Positions 36,505 to 46,584 of a stretch of 64,000 nt of DNA are shown here, piece by piece. Origin of the DNA: Conexivisphaerales archaeon (GTDB lineage Archaea > Thermoproteota > Nitrososphaeria > Conexivisphaerales > UBA164); NCBI GenBank assembly GCA_030756715.1, contig JAVBJD010000002.1, forward strand, positions 4,085 to 68,084. The letters run 5' to 3'. The position numbers and the translations under genes were made by a program. The notes under the pieces were generated by a model. That model was not told the DNA's origin, ran no database searches, and was given only the letters and a program-made list of their open reading frames with translations. Within the stretch, counting starts at the first letter, position 1, and each line of letters opens with the position of its first letter.

Positions 36505-36664
36505 TTATCTCGCTTTTTCCTTTCATTTTATATAAATATAACTTTTTCGAGCAAAACTCCATGATTGCGATTTTTATGACCTCCTCTAAAACTTGAAAAT
36601 GCGTAAATTTGATCAGCTTCTTAATGAACGCTTTGTTTTTATAATGGGATAAAAAATAAGTTAA

Positions 36665-37969
36665 ATGATGGGAAATAATAATTTGCGAAGCTACATCAGC
36701 AATCTTGAAAGCAAAAAAATGCTTAAGGACGTAGGAGAAGTTGAAAGGAAGTTTGAAGCAGCAATCTACGAAAAAAACATAAATTCGCCCATCAAGATGA
36801 AGCCTAAGGATAAAAAAGGTTACATAGTATCGAACCTCATAATGTCGGAAAAAACTGTTTCTATAGCTTTTGATACAGAGCCAGCGAACATTCATGACGA
36901 ATTTATAAGATCCGTTGTGTCCCCCAAAAAAATTGTAACGAAAAACTTTGAGGTAAGCGGTTATCAAAAGATTTCAGACAACGACATCCCGGCGATATGG
37001 CATTTTGAAAAAGACCTTGGTTATTACGTCACATCGAGTATAGTTATTGCTAAGAGCCCAGATAATAAGATTCTCAACGCCAGCGTGCACAGGATCAGGC
37101 TCTTGGGAAACGGTAAAGGTGTCATAAGGATGGTTGAGGGAAGACATCTGCACGCTATCTGGAACATGTGGAAAGAATCAGGCAAAGATGCCCCGGTAAC
37201 TGTAGTTATAGGAGTTCATCCAGCAGTCGAAATGGCCGCAGCTTACCAGGCTCCTCTAGGAACGTTTGAAATGGAAATCGCCAATTCTCTTGCTGAAGGG
37301 TTAGATTTTTATGAAAGCCCATTGCACAAATTGCCAATTCCCGAATCTGAATTTGTTATAGAAGGTTACATAAGCAGAGAAGAAAGGGATTCTGATTGCA
37401 TGGTTGAAATGCTGGGAAATTATGACCATACCAGGCAACAACCAGTTATCAGATTTGAAGAAGTTTACAGCAAGATAGACCCAATTTACTGGGATGTCCT
37501 GCCCGGGGGAACAGAGCACAGATGGCTCATGGGTTTTCCTGTTGAAGCAAAGCTGAACAAAGATGTGAAGAGCTCAGTTCCATCGGTAAAAAAGGTTGTG
37601 CTGAGTGAAGGCGGAAGCAAATGGCTTCACGCAGTTATACAGATAAACAAAAAGCTAGAAGGAGATCCTGTTAACGCTATCATAGCGGCTTTTGCTGCCC
37701 ATCCTTCTCTGAAGCTTGCCGTAGTTGTTGACGATGACATAGACCCTGCTAATCCAGTTGATGTTGAACGAGCTCTTGCTACAAGGTTTCAAGCATCCAA
37801 GGGCCTGCTAGTGATCAAGAACGCTAAGGGTTCTAGCCTTGATCCCTCGAGCGATCAAGAAATGCTGTTAACAGATAAGCTAGGGATAGATGCCACGATA
37901 CCTTTAAGAGCAAACAAAGAAAGATTTAGAGAAGCAACGATACCTGGCGAAGCTAAAAATGAAAGTTAA
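36665..37969 (+). CDS. UbiD family prFMN decarboxylase, probable anhydromevalonate-phosphate decarboxylase
   Basis: NASVHR, EMLGNYD, VVVDDDID, GSSLDPS, KLGIDAT; coupled to DUF126. Confidence 0.88.
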   Translation: MMGNNNLRSYISNLESKKMLKDVGEVERKFEAAIYEKNINSPIKMKPKDKKGYIVSNLIMSEKTVSIAFDTEPANIHDEFIRSVVSPKKIVTKNFEVSGYQKISDNDIPAIWHFEKDLGYYVTSSIVIAKSPDNKILNASVHRIRLLGNGKGVIRMVEGRHLHAIWNMWKESGKDAPVTVVIGVHPAVEMAAAYQAPLGTFEMEIANSLAEGLDFYESPLHKLPIPESEFVIEGYISREERDSDCMVEMLGNYDHTRQQPVIRFEEVYSKIDPIYWDVLPGGTEHRWLMGFPVEAKLNKDVKSSVPSVKKVVLSEGGSKWLHAVIQINKKLEGDPVNAIIAAFAAHPSLKLAVVVDDDIDPANPVDVERALATRFQASKGLLVIKNAKGSSLDPSSDQEMLLTDKLGIDATIPLRANKERFREATIPGEAKNES

Positions 37970-38363
37970 AGCAGAAGTTATAGTTGAAGGTTCAGCTCTT
38001 ATAAGTTCAACACTAAAAATTGTTGAAAACCCGATATCTTTTTTAGGCATGGTCAATCCAAAAAGGGGAACCTTAAAAATTGATGATAGAGAAATAGAAA
38101 TAACGGGGAAAGTTCTATCCTTTCCATACATGATTGGAAGCACAGTCGCTCCATACATTATTTACAGTTTAAAGAAAAACAAAAAGGCCCCTTTAGCTAT
38201 AATAACTTCTTCAGTAGACGCGCTTTTGGCTTCAGGTTGCGCTATAAGCGACATACCCCTTTTGACGATAAGCCAACATGATTTTGATCTTATAAAGAAG
38301 TTCAACGATAAGGCTATTACCGTAGATCCAGTGAGCGGGGATGTTTACATTGATGAACAGTGA
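37959..38363 (+). CDS. DUF126 / AcnX swivel subunit, probable phosphomevalonate dehydratase small subunit
   Basis: PISFLG.V.P..G, GKVLSFP..IGSTV.PY..Y, AP.AII. Confidence 0.88.
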   Translation: MKVKAEVIVEGSALISSTLKIVENPISFLGMVNPKRGTLKIDDREIEITGKVLSFPYMIGSTVAPYIIYSLKKNKKAPLAIITSSVDALLASGCAISDIPLLTISQHDFDLIKKFNDKAITVDPVSGDVYIDEQ

Positions 38364-39141
38364 GATTGATTTAGAAGGCTTGCTTTCGTTTATATATGAA
38401 AGCTTTATAAAAAATGATAAAATAGTGCCAGATGAGGTTCTACGTTTTGTAAACGATAGTTTACTTGCTGAAGATATAGTGAGATCTTACAAAAATCTTA
38501 CTAGCGAGACGAACTATATCAAAAAAGGAAATTTTATAGTTGTCTCTGGAATCGATAAGTCTGGCAAAGAAACTCAGGCTATCTCAGGGAAAGGATGCGT
38601 TAAACCGCTAAAACAGTTTTTAACTGAAAAAGGGTATAACGTGCTTACAATATTGCAACCGTCTTATGAAACAAGGCTTGGAGGTTTGATCAAACATTAT
38701 CTTACTGAAAACAAAAAAACAATCAAGCTAGCCTGGATGCTTTGGAGCCTGGATAGAGCGCAGCACAAACAAAAGGTAATTGAATGGCTCGCCGGGGAAA
38801 AAAACGTGGTTCTTGCAAAGCGCTGGAGCGAAAGCAACGTAGTTTATCATGCGGCTAAAGGGATAAACGCAGAAGAAATACTAAATTTTGAAAAAAATGT
38901 GCCAAAGCAGGATCTAACACTAGTAATAGACATCAAACCTGAAACTTCTGTAAAACGAAATCCTGAGCCAGACACATATGAGAATTTGAACCTGCTCAAA
39001 CTCGTATGGGAAAATTATATGAAATTAAACTACTTTTATCCTTATGGCGATAAAATATACATAGAAGGCGAAGCCGATCCGTGCACTGTGAACAATACTT
39101 TACTTTCTATAACAAATGATTACTTAGAATTGATGACTTAA
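38353..39141 (+). CDS. Thymidylate kinase-like protein with N-terminal extension
   Basis: FIVVSGIDKSGKETQA, PSYET.LG.LI, DRAQH, PKQDLTLVIDI..E, YENL. Confidence 0.72.
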   Translation: MNSEIDLEGLLSFIYESFIKNDKIVPDEVLRFVNDSLLAEDIVRSYKNLTSETNYIKKGNFIVVSGIDKSGKETQAISGKGCVKPLKQFLTEKGYNVLTILQPSYETRLGGLIKHYLTENKKTIKLAWMLWSLDRAQHKQKVIEWLAGEKNVVLAKRWSESNVVYHAAKGINAEEILNFEKNVPKQDLTLVIDIKPETSVKRNPEPDTYENLNLLKLVWENYMKLNYFYPYGDKIYIEGEADPCTVNNTLLSITNDYLELMT

Positions 39142-39557
39142 GATTCCTGAATCAAGTACTGTGAAAATTTTCTGAGATCTTCTACATGGTTTATACCTTT
39201 AGCTATCTCCCTGACTTTTTTTCTCGTACTGAGATCTATCGTAACGCCGCCATATGATAATTTTTCTGTCACAGACTTGACTAGGCTTTCTCCTTTTTTA
39301 TCATAGTCCAGCATTATAACAATTTTTTTATAATAAGACAGTTCAGATGCAAGGTTTCCAGTGCCCTTTCCACTCCCGCATAGCTGGAATATTTTACCCT
39401 TATATCCAAGGCTTTTTATAGCGATATAATCTCTTTTACCTTCTACTACAACAATGGTTCCTTCATCATCTAACTCTGAAAAGAGCTTATACAAAGAAAA
39501 AGCAACTTTCCTTTTGCTCTCCATCTGCCATTTGCCTAACTGTTTTCTATCTTTCAA
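39138..39557 (-). CDS. Stand-alone TOPRIM domain protein
   Basis: VVVEGKRD, IMLDYDKKG. Confidence 0.8.
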   Translation of the reverse strand: MKDRKQLGKWQMESKRKVAFSLYKLFSELDDEGTIVVVEGKRDYIAIKSLGYKGKIFQLCGSGKGTGNLASELSYYKKIVIMLDYDKKGESLVKSVTEKLSYGGVTIDLSTRKKVREIAKGINHVEDLRKFSQYLIQES

Positions 39558-39696
39558 TACTATTTTGTGCCCCCTATTTTATTGATAAAATTGTTACTAA
39601 AATTTTTTCTCAGTTTTAATCTAAAAATGGCCGATAAAAACTTTCACTATGATTTTGTCATCTACTTTTATTAATCGAGCAAGCAAAAAATATACA

Positions 39697-40431
39697 ATGC
39701 GAGATCATGTCTTGCCAAACTACTTAAAGTTTGTTGAAGGATACCCGGCTATACTGATCTTTAACAAATATCTTGCAATAGCGGACCTCCATGTAGGTTA
39801 TGAAATATCTGAAAGAGAACGAGGGATATACGTGCCGATTCAAAAAGAAAGATACATAAAAAGAATCCAAGAGTTGAAGAGCATTACGGGTGCTGAAGAA
39901 CTGATAATTGTTGGAGACGTAAAAGACAGCATATTGATGCCGACAGCAGAGGAAATAAACGAGCTTGTATCTGTCTTTCAAGAAGTTTCTAAACTTTTCA
40001 AGATAACGATAATACAAGGTAACCACGATGCATACATAGATAAGATTCTTCATAACTTTGCAGCGTATGCCGGTTCGGAAGGCATAGTCCTAAAAAATGG
40101 CAGGGCTAAAGTCGGTCTAGCACACGGACACGCTAGGCCTTCTGATTCGTGCTTGAAAAGCGATGCTTTAGTTCTCGCGCATCTTCATTTTTATATAAAA
40201 TTCGAGAACAGCAAATATCCTGTTTGGCTCGTTGGAAAAAAAGGAAAACAAACGCTTGTTCTAATGCCTCCTTTTAACGATCTGCTGTCTGGATATTACC
40301 AAGAAGATGTTGATGCCAAAGTTCCGTTTACGGATTTCAAGCTTCAGGATTTAAAAGTAATAACGCTCGATGGCTATAATCTGGGAACGTTAAAAGATTT
40401 AAGAAGCATAATAGAGGAAGAATCGGATTAA
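39697..40431 (+). CDS. Metallophosphoesterase (calcineurin-like, ICC-related)
   Basis: ADLHVG, VGDVKD, GNHD, AHGH, AHLH, MPPFN; start at ATG 39697. Confidence 0.88.
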   Translation: MRDHVLPNYLKFVEGYPAILIFNKYLAIADLHVGYEISERERGIYVPIQKERYIKRIQELKSITGAEELIIVGDVKDSILMPTAEEINELVSVFQEVSKLFKITIIQGNHDAYIDKILHNFAAYAGSEGIVLKNGRAKVGLAHGHARPSDSCLKSDALVLAHLHFYIKFENSKYPVWLVGKKGKQTLVLMPPFNDLLSGYYQEDVDAKVPFTDFKLQDLKVITLDGYNLGTLKDLRSIIEEESD

Positions 40432-40511
40432 TTTCAAACGTTCATGCATAACGCTTGGGTAAAGCCTTTAAATCAAAATGCTTTTTAATATGTTGTTTGC
40501 ATTATTTTGAT

Positions 40512-40757
40512 ATGAATAGCGACCAGGTTTTGGGTGCAGTAATAATGATTGTAAGCATATTGGTCATATTCGTATATGGATATTTAATTTTCATGTATCC
40601 ATTAATCGTTTTGCAGATAACTGTATTCTTAGTTGTTGCGGTGCTTCTCGGGATTCTTGCTTGGATCGGATACACCCTTCTTACCACCCCAGCTCCTAAA
40701 CCGATCGAAGAAACTTCTGAAAACAGTACGCAAAACTCTCAAGCCGAACAAAAATGA
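40512..40757 (+). CDS. Small two-helix membrane protein
   Basis: MNSDQVLGAVIM..LAWIGYTLLTTPAPKPIEE; start at ATG 40512. Confidence 0.7.
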   Translation: MNSDQVLGAVIMIVSILVIFVYGYLIFMYPLIVLQITVFLVVAVLLGILAWIGYTLLTTPAPKPIEETSENSTQNSQAEQK

Positions 40758-41479
40758 AAGATTATGCTATCATATATGATCAGAGGCTTAAGAAGCTAGC
40801 CGCATCGCTTTCAAAAATAAGCGAGGCCCCCGCTTATCAGGCTGGAACGAGCGTTGTTTATGATCGATACATGGTGCTGTGGAGCTACAGAACAAACTAT
40901 TCTCAAGAAAGGAGCAAGCTCGAAAACTTGTTAAGAGAGCTTAATGATTCAGGATACATAGAGGTTCTTTTGTTACTGCCCGCACCGTACCAGAAAGGTG
41001 GAGATGTATCACAATTCATGCAGGAAGTTTCTGGATTCGATTTTGTTGGTAGAATAATATTCTTTGACCTAACGCCTGTAAGCAAGATAGGGCTTACTCC
41101 AAGGCCCTCGGTTAACCTTTCAGCTATCCCAACGCTTATAAAATATATGAAAGAAAACGGGTTGAAGGCTAAAGTTCTTACATTTAATCAAGAGCTTACA
41201 ACTCAGGCTAAGATAATAGAAAGCACAGCTGGTAAAAGCGATGATAGCGTGATGATCATTGATAATTATGTGGAAGATCCCGAAAAATTTGTTCCTGTGC
41301 TGGAGACGTACAAAGAAAAAGGTGTGAAGACCTATGTTTTTTCCACATTTTTTGCTGTGTCCCCAGAGTCAATAAAAAACATGTCCGAAGTTATAACAAC
41401 CAACGCTATATACTGGGATAACGTCATAACGCTAGATATATCATCAGCTATTGCAGAATTTGTAGATGCTGTAAGTTGA
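40754..41479 (+). CDS. Ribose-phosphate pyrophosphokinase-like protein with degenerate active site
   Basis: NLSAIPTLIKY, VMIID, VITTNAI, LDISSAIAE scaffold segments align by eye to Prs; catalytic motifs absent. Confidence 0.6.
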   Translation: MKDYAIIYDQRLKKLAASLSKISEAPAYQAGTSVVYDRYMVLWSYRTNYSQERSKLENLLRELNDSGYIEVLLLLPAPYQKGGDVSQFMQEVSGFDFVGRIIFFDLTPVSKIGLTPRPSVNLSAIPTLIKYMKENGLKAKVLTFNQELTTQAKIIESTAGKSDDSVMIIDNYVEDPEKFVPVLETYKEKGVKTYVFSTFFAVSPESIKNMSEVITTNAIYWDNVITLDISSAIAEFVDAVS

Positions 41480-42354
41480 AATGCGTAATAGCTGTTGACG
41501 TTGGCGCATCAAACTTAAGGTTAGCTACTTTTTCAGGCAGAAAGATGAAAAACAGAATTTCATTCAAGCTTCAGAGCTCTGTAAATCCGATAGACTATAT
41601 AGAAGAATACATAAAAAAATTTTCAAAAACATGTAGCCCTATAGGCATAGCTAGCGCCGGGCCGATAGACATTAAAAAGGGCTCTGTTAAGCTGATAAAT
41701 TATAACAATTTAACGATTAACTATGTAGAATCCTTAAAAGGGTACGGCGACGTATATATAACAAATGACTGTATAGCGGGACTATTGGCTGAAAAACGTT
41801 TTGGCGAAGCTAAAAAAACAAAAAATGCCGTTTATTTAACTTTCAGCAGCGGTATAGGGGCTGGCGTTATGGTAGACGGCCACATACTTATAGGTAAAGA
41901 TGGGAACGCACATGAGATCGGGCACCTTGTACTAAATTATGAAGATGATACAGTTTGCGGGTGTGGGAAAAACGGCCACTGGGAGGCTTATTGCGGAGGA
42001 AAATCTATGCCTAAATTCTTTTATAAAGTAACTGGCAAAAAAGTTATTTCTCCTGAAGAAATTTTCAAAATGTACTATGAAGGACAAAGCGAAGCTGTTG
42101 AATTTATAGAAAAATGTATGAAGATAAACGCAGCAGGACTTGCAAGCCTAATAGACGCTTATGATCCTGAAGTTATAATATTGAGCGGGAGCGTATACCT
42201 TAACAATGAAGATGTTTTTATGAAAAAGCTACAGGAACTAACAAAAAACTACGTGATGAACCGGATGCCAGAGCTAACAACAGCTAGGCTTAGAGAAGAT
42301 TCAGTTATATTTGGGGCTGGAATTTTGGCGACATTAAAAGGTAAACTTCCTTAA
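41476..42354 (+). CDS. ROK family sugar kinase (glucokinase-like)
   Basis: DVGAS, NDC.AG..AE..FG, SGIGAG, EIGH, CGCGKNGHWE. Confidence 0.92.
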   Translation: MKCVIAVDVGASNLRLATFSGRKMKNRISFKLQSSVNPIDYIEEYIKKFSKTCSPIGIASAGPIDIKKGSVKLINYNNLTINYVESLKGYGDVYITNDCIAGLLAEKRFGEAKKTKNAVYLTFSSGIGAGVMVDGHILIGKDGNAHEIGHLVLNYEDDTVCGCGKNGHWEAYCGGKSMPKFFYKVTGKKVISPEEIFKMYYEGQSEAVEFIEKCMKINAAGLASLIDAYDPEVIILSGSVYLNNEDVFMKKLQELTKNYVMNRMPELTTARLREDSVIFGAGILATLKGKLP

Positions 42355-42357
42355 CTT

Positions 42358-42888
42358 TTAGCCTATTTCGCTTATTTTACTTTTTATATGAGAGCTACAA
42401 AGGTCTTCAATTAAGTCATCCACATTTTCATAAAACCTAAATTTTCCGTTTTTTCTGCTATCCGGATATTCGCCTAACTTTTCAAGTTTATCTGATGGCA
42501 TGCCAAAACCTTTTAAGATAAAAACTTCCTTTCCCATAGCATATCCAATCAAAGCTTCGATCATCGTTCCTGAACTGCCTCCGAGCGCAATCAAAAAATC
42601 GGATGATCTGACTAAGGGGACGGACCTGGCTCTGTACTCTTCACCTGTTTTTATCAGGATTACTCCTTCAGGCGCTGAGATATTTTCGTTTTCAATCGGA
42701 AGCAAAAGTACAGTTTTCATAGAAAGCTTTACCGCCTGATCTACGACGGTTTTCATTAGGCCCCAGTAACCACCCAGTATCAATACTGCATCCTTACATC
42801 TTTCATTGAGTAATCTGACAAGCTCTTTTGTTTCTAAAGCTAAACTTTCTGGAATTTCGCCACTGTGAGCCGCTATTCCTATTTGCAT
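42358..42888 (-). CDS. LOG / TIGR00725-like nucleotide-binding protein
   Basis: GGYWGLM, RS..LVRSSD..IALGGSSGT..E. Confidence 0.82.
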   Translation of the reverse strand: MQIGIAAHSGEIPESLALETKELVRLLNERCKDAVLILGGYWGLMKTVVDQAVKLSMKTVLLLPIENENISAPEGVILIKTGEEYRARSVPLVRSSDFLIALGGSSGTMIEALIGYAMGKEVFILKGFGMPSDKLEKLGEYPDSRKNGKFRFYENVDDLIEDLCSSHIKSKISEIG

Positions 42889-42972
42889 GTGTTATTCTTG
42901 ACTGATGGTTTTATAAAATTACCTATATGTTTCAATTGTCAAGGTCTGCATTAAGCCTGGGACATCAAACAG

Positions 42973-43692
42973 CTAAGCCGTGTTATTCTCTTTTTCTTGT
43001 TTGTTCTTCTGCAGACTTTCTATCACAAGCGGTGCTACCTCATCGAAAGCATACTTAACTATATCTTCAACGGTACCTTTTGAAAACATCGTTATAACGC
43101 AGTTCCTTGTCAGACCGATTATTTGAGAAATGCTTTTAGCTCTTACAACGATGTACCATAGTAACCCGTGTTCTTGGTACATTTTAAAAAGATCCGTTTG
43201 AGAAAGCGCGTCCCCGTACAATGCAAGAACGTTTACGTTGGGTATATCAATCTGATCAAAATATGCTACGCGAGTTTCTTCCAAGCTTTTGTTATAATAG
43301 TCTAAAAATATGTTCGGATCTATCCTGGCTTCAACGACAAATCCTGGCCTTATGAACACTGCTTTGCTGAATTCGTTAGCCAAGTAATTGGCCAAAGGCT
43401 TTTTTGCGAGTATGAACAAAAAGTTATAACCCTGTATCTTTCTTATAAAAAACTGAACCTTCATAGTTGAAACTTCGGGCTTGAACCCTTCCTTTGTGCC
43501 AACTTTTATAACCCTGTCATAATAAATTATACCGTCGAGAGAATTATCATCATAAGTGTTTACTGAAAATTCAAAGTTTAACTGGACGTGCGTTTCTTCA
43601 TCTTCCCTAGTTATTTTAAAACTTGATAGCTTGTCAGCTATAAAAGCCAAACTCTGGTCTGTATTTATTTTAAAAAGCTTTCCTGCGAGCAT
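42973..43692 (-). CDS. Hypothetical protein
   Basis: 239-aa ORF with normal composition, co-oriented with the PAC2 gene; no motif recognised. Confidence 0.6.
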   Translation of the reverse strand: MLAGKLFKINTDQSLAFIADKLSSFKITREDEETHVQLNFEFSVNTYDDNSLDGIIYYDRVIKVGTKEGFKPEVSTMKVQFFIRKIQGYNFLFILAKKPLANYLANEFSKAVFIRPGFVVEARIDPNIFLDYYNKSLEETRVAYFDQIDIPNVNVLALYGDALSQTDLFKMYQEHGLLWYIVVRAKSISQIIGLTRNCVITMFSKGTVEDIVKYAFDEVAPLVIESLQKNKQEKENNTA

Positions 43693-43715
43693 TTTAACGT
43701 TTATGCTTATGGCTT

Positions 43716-44441
43716 TTAAGTATATATGTTTGTGGGCGGTTTAAACTCCTGTTGTGATGTTTCTTTTGCAAGCTCGGCTTCAATCGTTTCTGCTCCTTTT
43801 ATGAGCGGCGTAACGTCAATTTCGAATCCATAGTACTTTGATAGCGTCTCAACAGCTATGCTGGCGGCTCTGGGGTCAACCCTGTCTGGTGATGCGTATG
43901 CAAGAAGCGCTACTGCTGGGAAGTTCTTTATTTCAAAGTAATTCAGGAGTATGGCAACTGGTCCAACTATTATGTGCTCATCTTCAAGCGGCTTCGCTTC
44001 AGAAAGCAAACCCCGGAGCTTATAGGCGCTTGTTGCAGCGATCCTGTATTTACTATCGTCGGTCTTTAAAGTTGAATCAAGTCCTCCCACTAAAAATACT
44101 TCTTTGACCCCTTTCTTTATTATTTGATCTGCAAAGCTTCTGTAAAATTTAAGTTCTTTATCTTTCTGCACCGGGACATCTACTTTAAATATCGCAAGGT
44201 CATTATAAGTAAAGATCTCATAAGGGGTGCTTATCATTCCGTTAATAAGGGTAGAAACCGGCGCTGAATCTTCATAATCAACAATACAACATCTTTTAAC
44301 TGGCAACTTTTGAACAAGGTATTTTACGCTCCAGTACCCCGTTGCCCCTATTCCATGAAAACCGCTTATCAAAGTTTTGCCCTTTAGTGACGCGTTCTTT
44401 GGATATATCGATACGTAATTATTATAACTCAAACTTTTCAC
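43716..44441 (-). CDS. Proteasome assembly chaperone (PAC2 / PbaB-like) family protein
   Basis: GFHGIGATG, LVGG, VGPVA.LL, PDPR-like VDPRAA. Confidence 0.85.
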   Translation of the reverse strand: MKSLSYNNYVSIYPKNASLKGKTLISGFHGIGATGYWSVKYLVQKLPVKRCCIVDYEDSAPVSTLINGMISTPYEIFTYNDLAIFKVDVPVQKDKELKFYRSFADQIIKKGVKEVFLVGGLDSTLKTDDSKYRIAATSAYKLRGLLSEAKPLEDEHIIVGPVAILLNYFEIKNFPAVALLAYASPDRVDPRAASIAVETLSKYYGFEIDVTPLIKGAETIEAELAKETSQQEFKPPTNIYT

Positions 44442-44471
44442 CTAATCAGGTCAATTTTAATCTACCGCTTA

Positions 44472-44819
44472 TTAACTTTTTCCATTAACTTCTTCTTCAT
44501 ACTTTTTTAAAACAAGCTCTTCTACTTTCATAAAATATATCTGCGTGGGCTTAGGCATCCTGTTAAGGTTTTTCTCTATGGCCGCGATAAAATAGTCAAT
44601 AGCCCTCTTGCTAACCTTGATGTTGAACTTCATGGGAAGTATGGGATCCTGTTGAATTTCAAGCTTATCCTTTAATTCTTCTGGTGCTGTTTTGATATAG
44701 TCCTCTAAGATTATATTGTACCATTCAGAAAGAACTTCAGGAGTAAGGCTCTCTTTCTGCTCTATTATGTACTGGGCCATTTTAAAAACCATATCTTCGC
44801 TCACTTTAAACTCTGCCAT
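44472..44819 (-). CDS. Hypothetical protein
   Basis: 115-aa ORF; QDPILPMKFN..SKRA motif recalled from thaumarchaeal hypotheticals (unverified). Confidence 0.55.
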   Translation of the reverse strand: MAEFKVSEDMVFKMAQYIIEQKESLTPEVLSEWYNIILEDYIKTAPEELKDKLEIQQDPILPMKFNIKVSKRAIDYFIAAIEKNLNRMPKPTQIYFMKVEELVLKKYEEEVNGKS

Positions 44820-44893
44820 TTTCTATAAAACTTATATTTAAACAAATAAAAGACAACTTTTTTAAACCTAAAGCCAATTTAATTCGAGTTTAT

Positions 44894-45535
44894 TTATACC
44901 ACGTGCAGGTTTAAATCGTATATAAAAAGCCCTACATCCAGAACTCCTGGCGTTTTAACAAGATCTTCGTACAAGCCTTTGAGATCATAGCTTTCTGGAT
45001 AGTTTATGTCAAAGATGTAATTGCCATTTTCAGTTATAAAAGGATATCCCCTTGCATCGACCCTTAAGTTAGGCGTTAAACCCAGCTTTAATATCTTACT
45101 CTTAACAAGTGTATAAGCAAACGGCAAAAATTCTAGAGGTACGGGGTGATCCAGTTTCTCAACAACCTTTTCTTTTGATACAAAAACGTGTCTTTCTTTA
45201 GAAATTTCCCATACAATTCTTTCTTTAGTGAGAGCCCCTCCGCCTCCCTTTATGACATACCCGTTATAACTCGATACCTGATCCGCCCCATCTACTACAA
45301 CGTCAAGTGTATCAAAGATAGGCTCTGATATCAAAAAGAAGTCGGAAACTTCAAACTTTATCTGAGCAGATGTTGCAACGCCTATAGGCTTTATGCCTTT
45401 ATCGTTTAACCTTTTTCCGAGTTCTTTCAATACCTTTGAAGCCGTCCTTCCGCTTCCCAAACCTATTATGGGGGTGCGCTTTAATGCCAAAACCTTCTGT
45501 TCTAAAGCACCTAACGCTAGATCGAGTCCCTGCAT
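44894..45535 (-). CDS. rpiA: Ribose-5-phosphate isomerase A
   Basis: GLGSGRT, DGADQV, IKGGGGAL..E, TENGNYIFD. Confidence 0.95.
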   Translation of the reverse strand: MQGLDLALGALEQKVLALKRTPIIGLGSGRTASKVLKELGKRLNDKGIKPIGVATSAQIKFEVSDFFLISEPIFDTLDVVVDGADQVSSYNGYVIKGGGGALTKERIVWEISKERHVFVSKEKVVEKLDHPVPLEFLPFAYTLVKSKILKLGLTPNLRVDARGYPFITENGNYIFDINYPESYDLKGLYEDLVKTPGVLDVGLFIYDLNLHVV

Positions 45536-45559
45536 GATTAAATTATTAACGTAAACATA

Positions 45560-46576
45560 TTAAATGTTTATCTCGTCCAAGATATTTGATACTTCGTCTT
45601 TTGTTAAGTTAAGCTTGTGTAATATCGTATACCTTTCAGGTCTCAAAGAAGGAGCCAAAGTAACTGCTTCTAAAACTTCTTCTCTCTTTACCCCTATCTG
45701 TAAAAATGACACCGGTAGACCGACTTCCTGCATTTTAGCTTTTATTTTCTTCCAGTTCATTCCATAAAGGTAAGCTATGAGCACAGTGCTTAAAGCGACT
45801 TTTTCTCCATGTGTACCTTTTTCTGGCGCTATAATATCTAAAGCGTGAGATATCAGGTGTTCACTTCCGCTTAGCGGTCTACTGCTTCCAGCTATGCCTC
45901 CTGCAACCCCCGCGCTTATGAGGGCCTCCATTAAGTTTCTTACAGAAGAATATTTTAGATCCTCAATCCCCTTAGTGCTGATCATTGCGTGTTTGGCGCT
46001 TTCGTAGGCCAGCTTGGAAGCGTATTCCCCAAAATATTCTCCTTTTTCAATCCATGCAAGTTTCCAGTCCCTTGTAGAAGTGAATTTTCCTAAGAGGTCT
46101 CCTAAACCGCTGAGTATATACCTTTTTGGAGCCTTCATTATTACAGAAAGGTCTACAATTACTCCGCGGGGCGGTTTTACCTTAAGCGAGTATGGGTGTA
46201 TTCCTCCCTTTAACGAAGAAAACGGGCTGGCTATTCCGTCGTTTGATGCTGAAGTTGGAATGCTTATGACTTGAATGCCAGCCTTATAGCCAAGGTATTT
46301 TGCAACGTCCAGAACCTTTCCTCCACCGAAACCAATCACGGCCTCAGAGTTAACATCGAACTTTTCCCTGTAAATCTTTTCTGCTTCTTCGTATGTTGAA
46401 GATTCAACTATCGCTTTTTTATAATCAAAACCGCTTAAGGCTGAACTTATTTTTGATTCAAAAATGTTGCTTACGTTCGGCCCAGTTAGCAGAAATGCCC
46501 TTTTTTTGATAAACAAAGAAAGGTTTTCTTTATTAAATGTTTCATCGCCTATTATCACTGCTTCTGGAAGCTCCAT
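45560..46576 (-). CDS. egsA: sn-glycerol-1-phosphate dehydrogenase
   Basis: GGGKVLDVAK, PTSASNDGIASP, SSRPLSGSEHLISHALD, HGEKV, RPERYTIL. Confidence 0.93.
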   Translation of the reverse strand: MELPEAVIIGDETFNKENLSLFIKKRAFLLTGPNVSNIFESKISSALSGFDYKKAIVESSTYEEAEKIYREKFDVNSEAVIGFGGGKVLDVAKYLGYKAGIQVISIPTSASNDGIASPFSSLKGGIHPYSLKVKPPRGVIVDLSVIMKAPKRYILSGLGDLLGKFTSTRDWKLAWIEKGEYFGEYASKLAYESAKHAMISTKGIEDLKYSSVRNLMEALISAGVAGGIAGSSRPLSGSEHLISHALDIIAPEKGTHGEKVALSTVLIAYLYGMNWKKIKAKMQEVGLPVSFLQIGVKREEVLEAVTLAPSLRPERYTILHKLNLTKDEVSNILDEINI

Positions 46577-46584
46577 TATGTGGC

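Noticed and set aside
36491-36967. 158-aa minus-strand ORF
   Set aside because: Spans the rps8e/ubiD promoter and is antisense to ubiD; no recognisable motif
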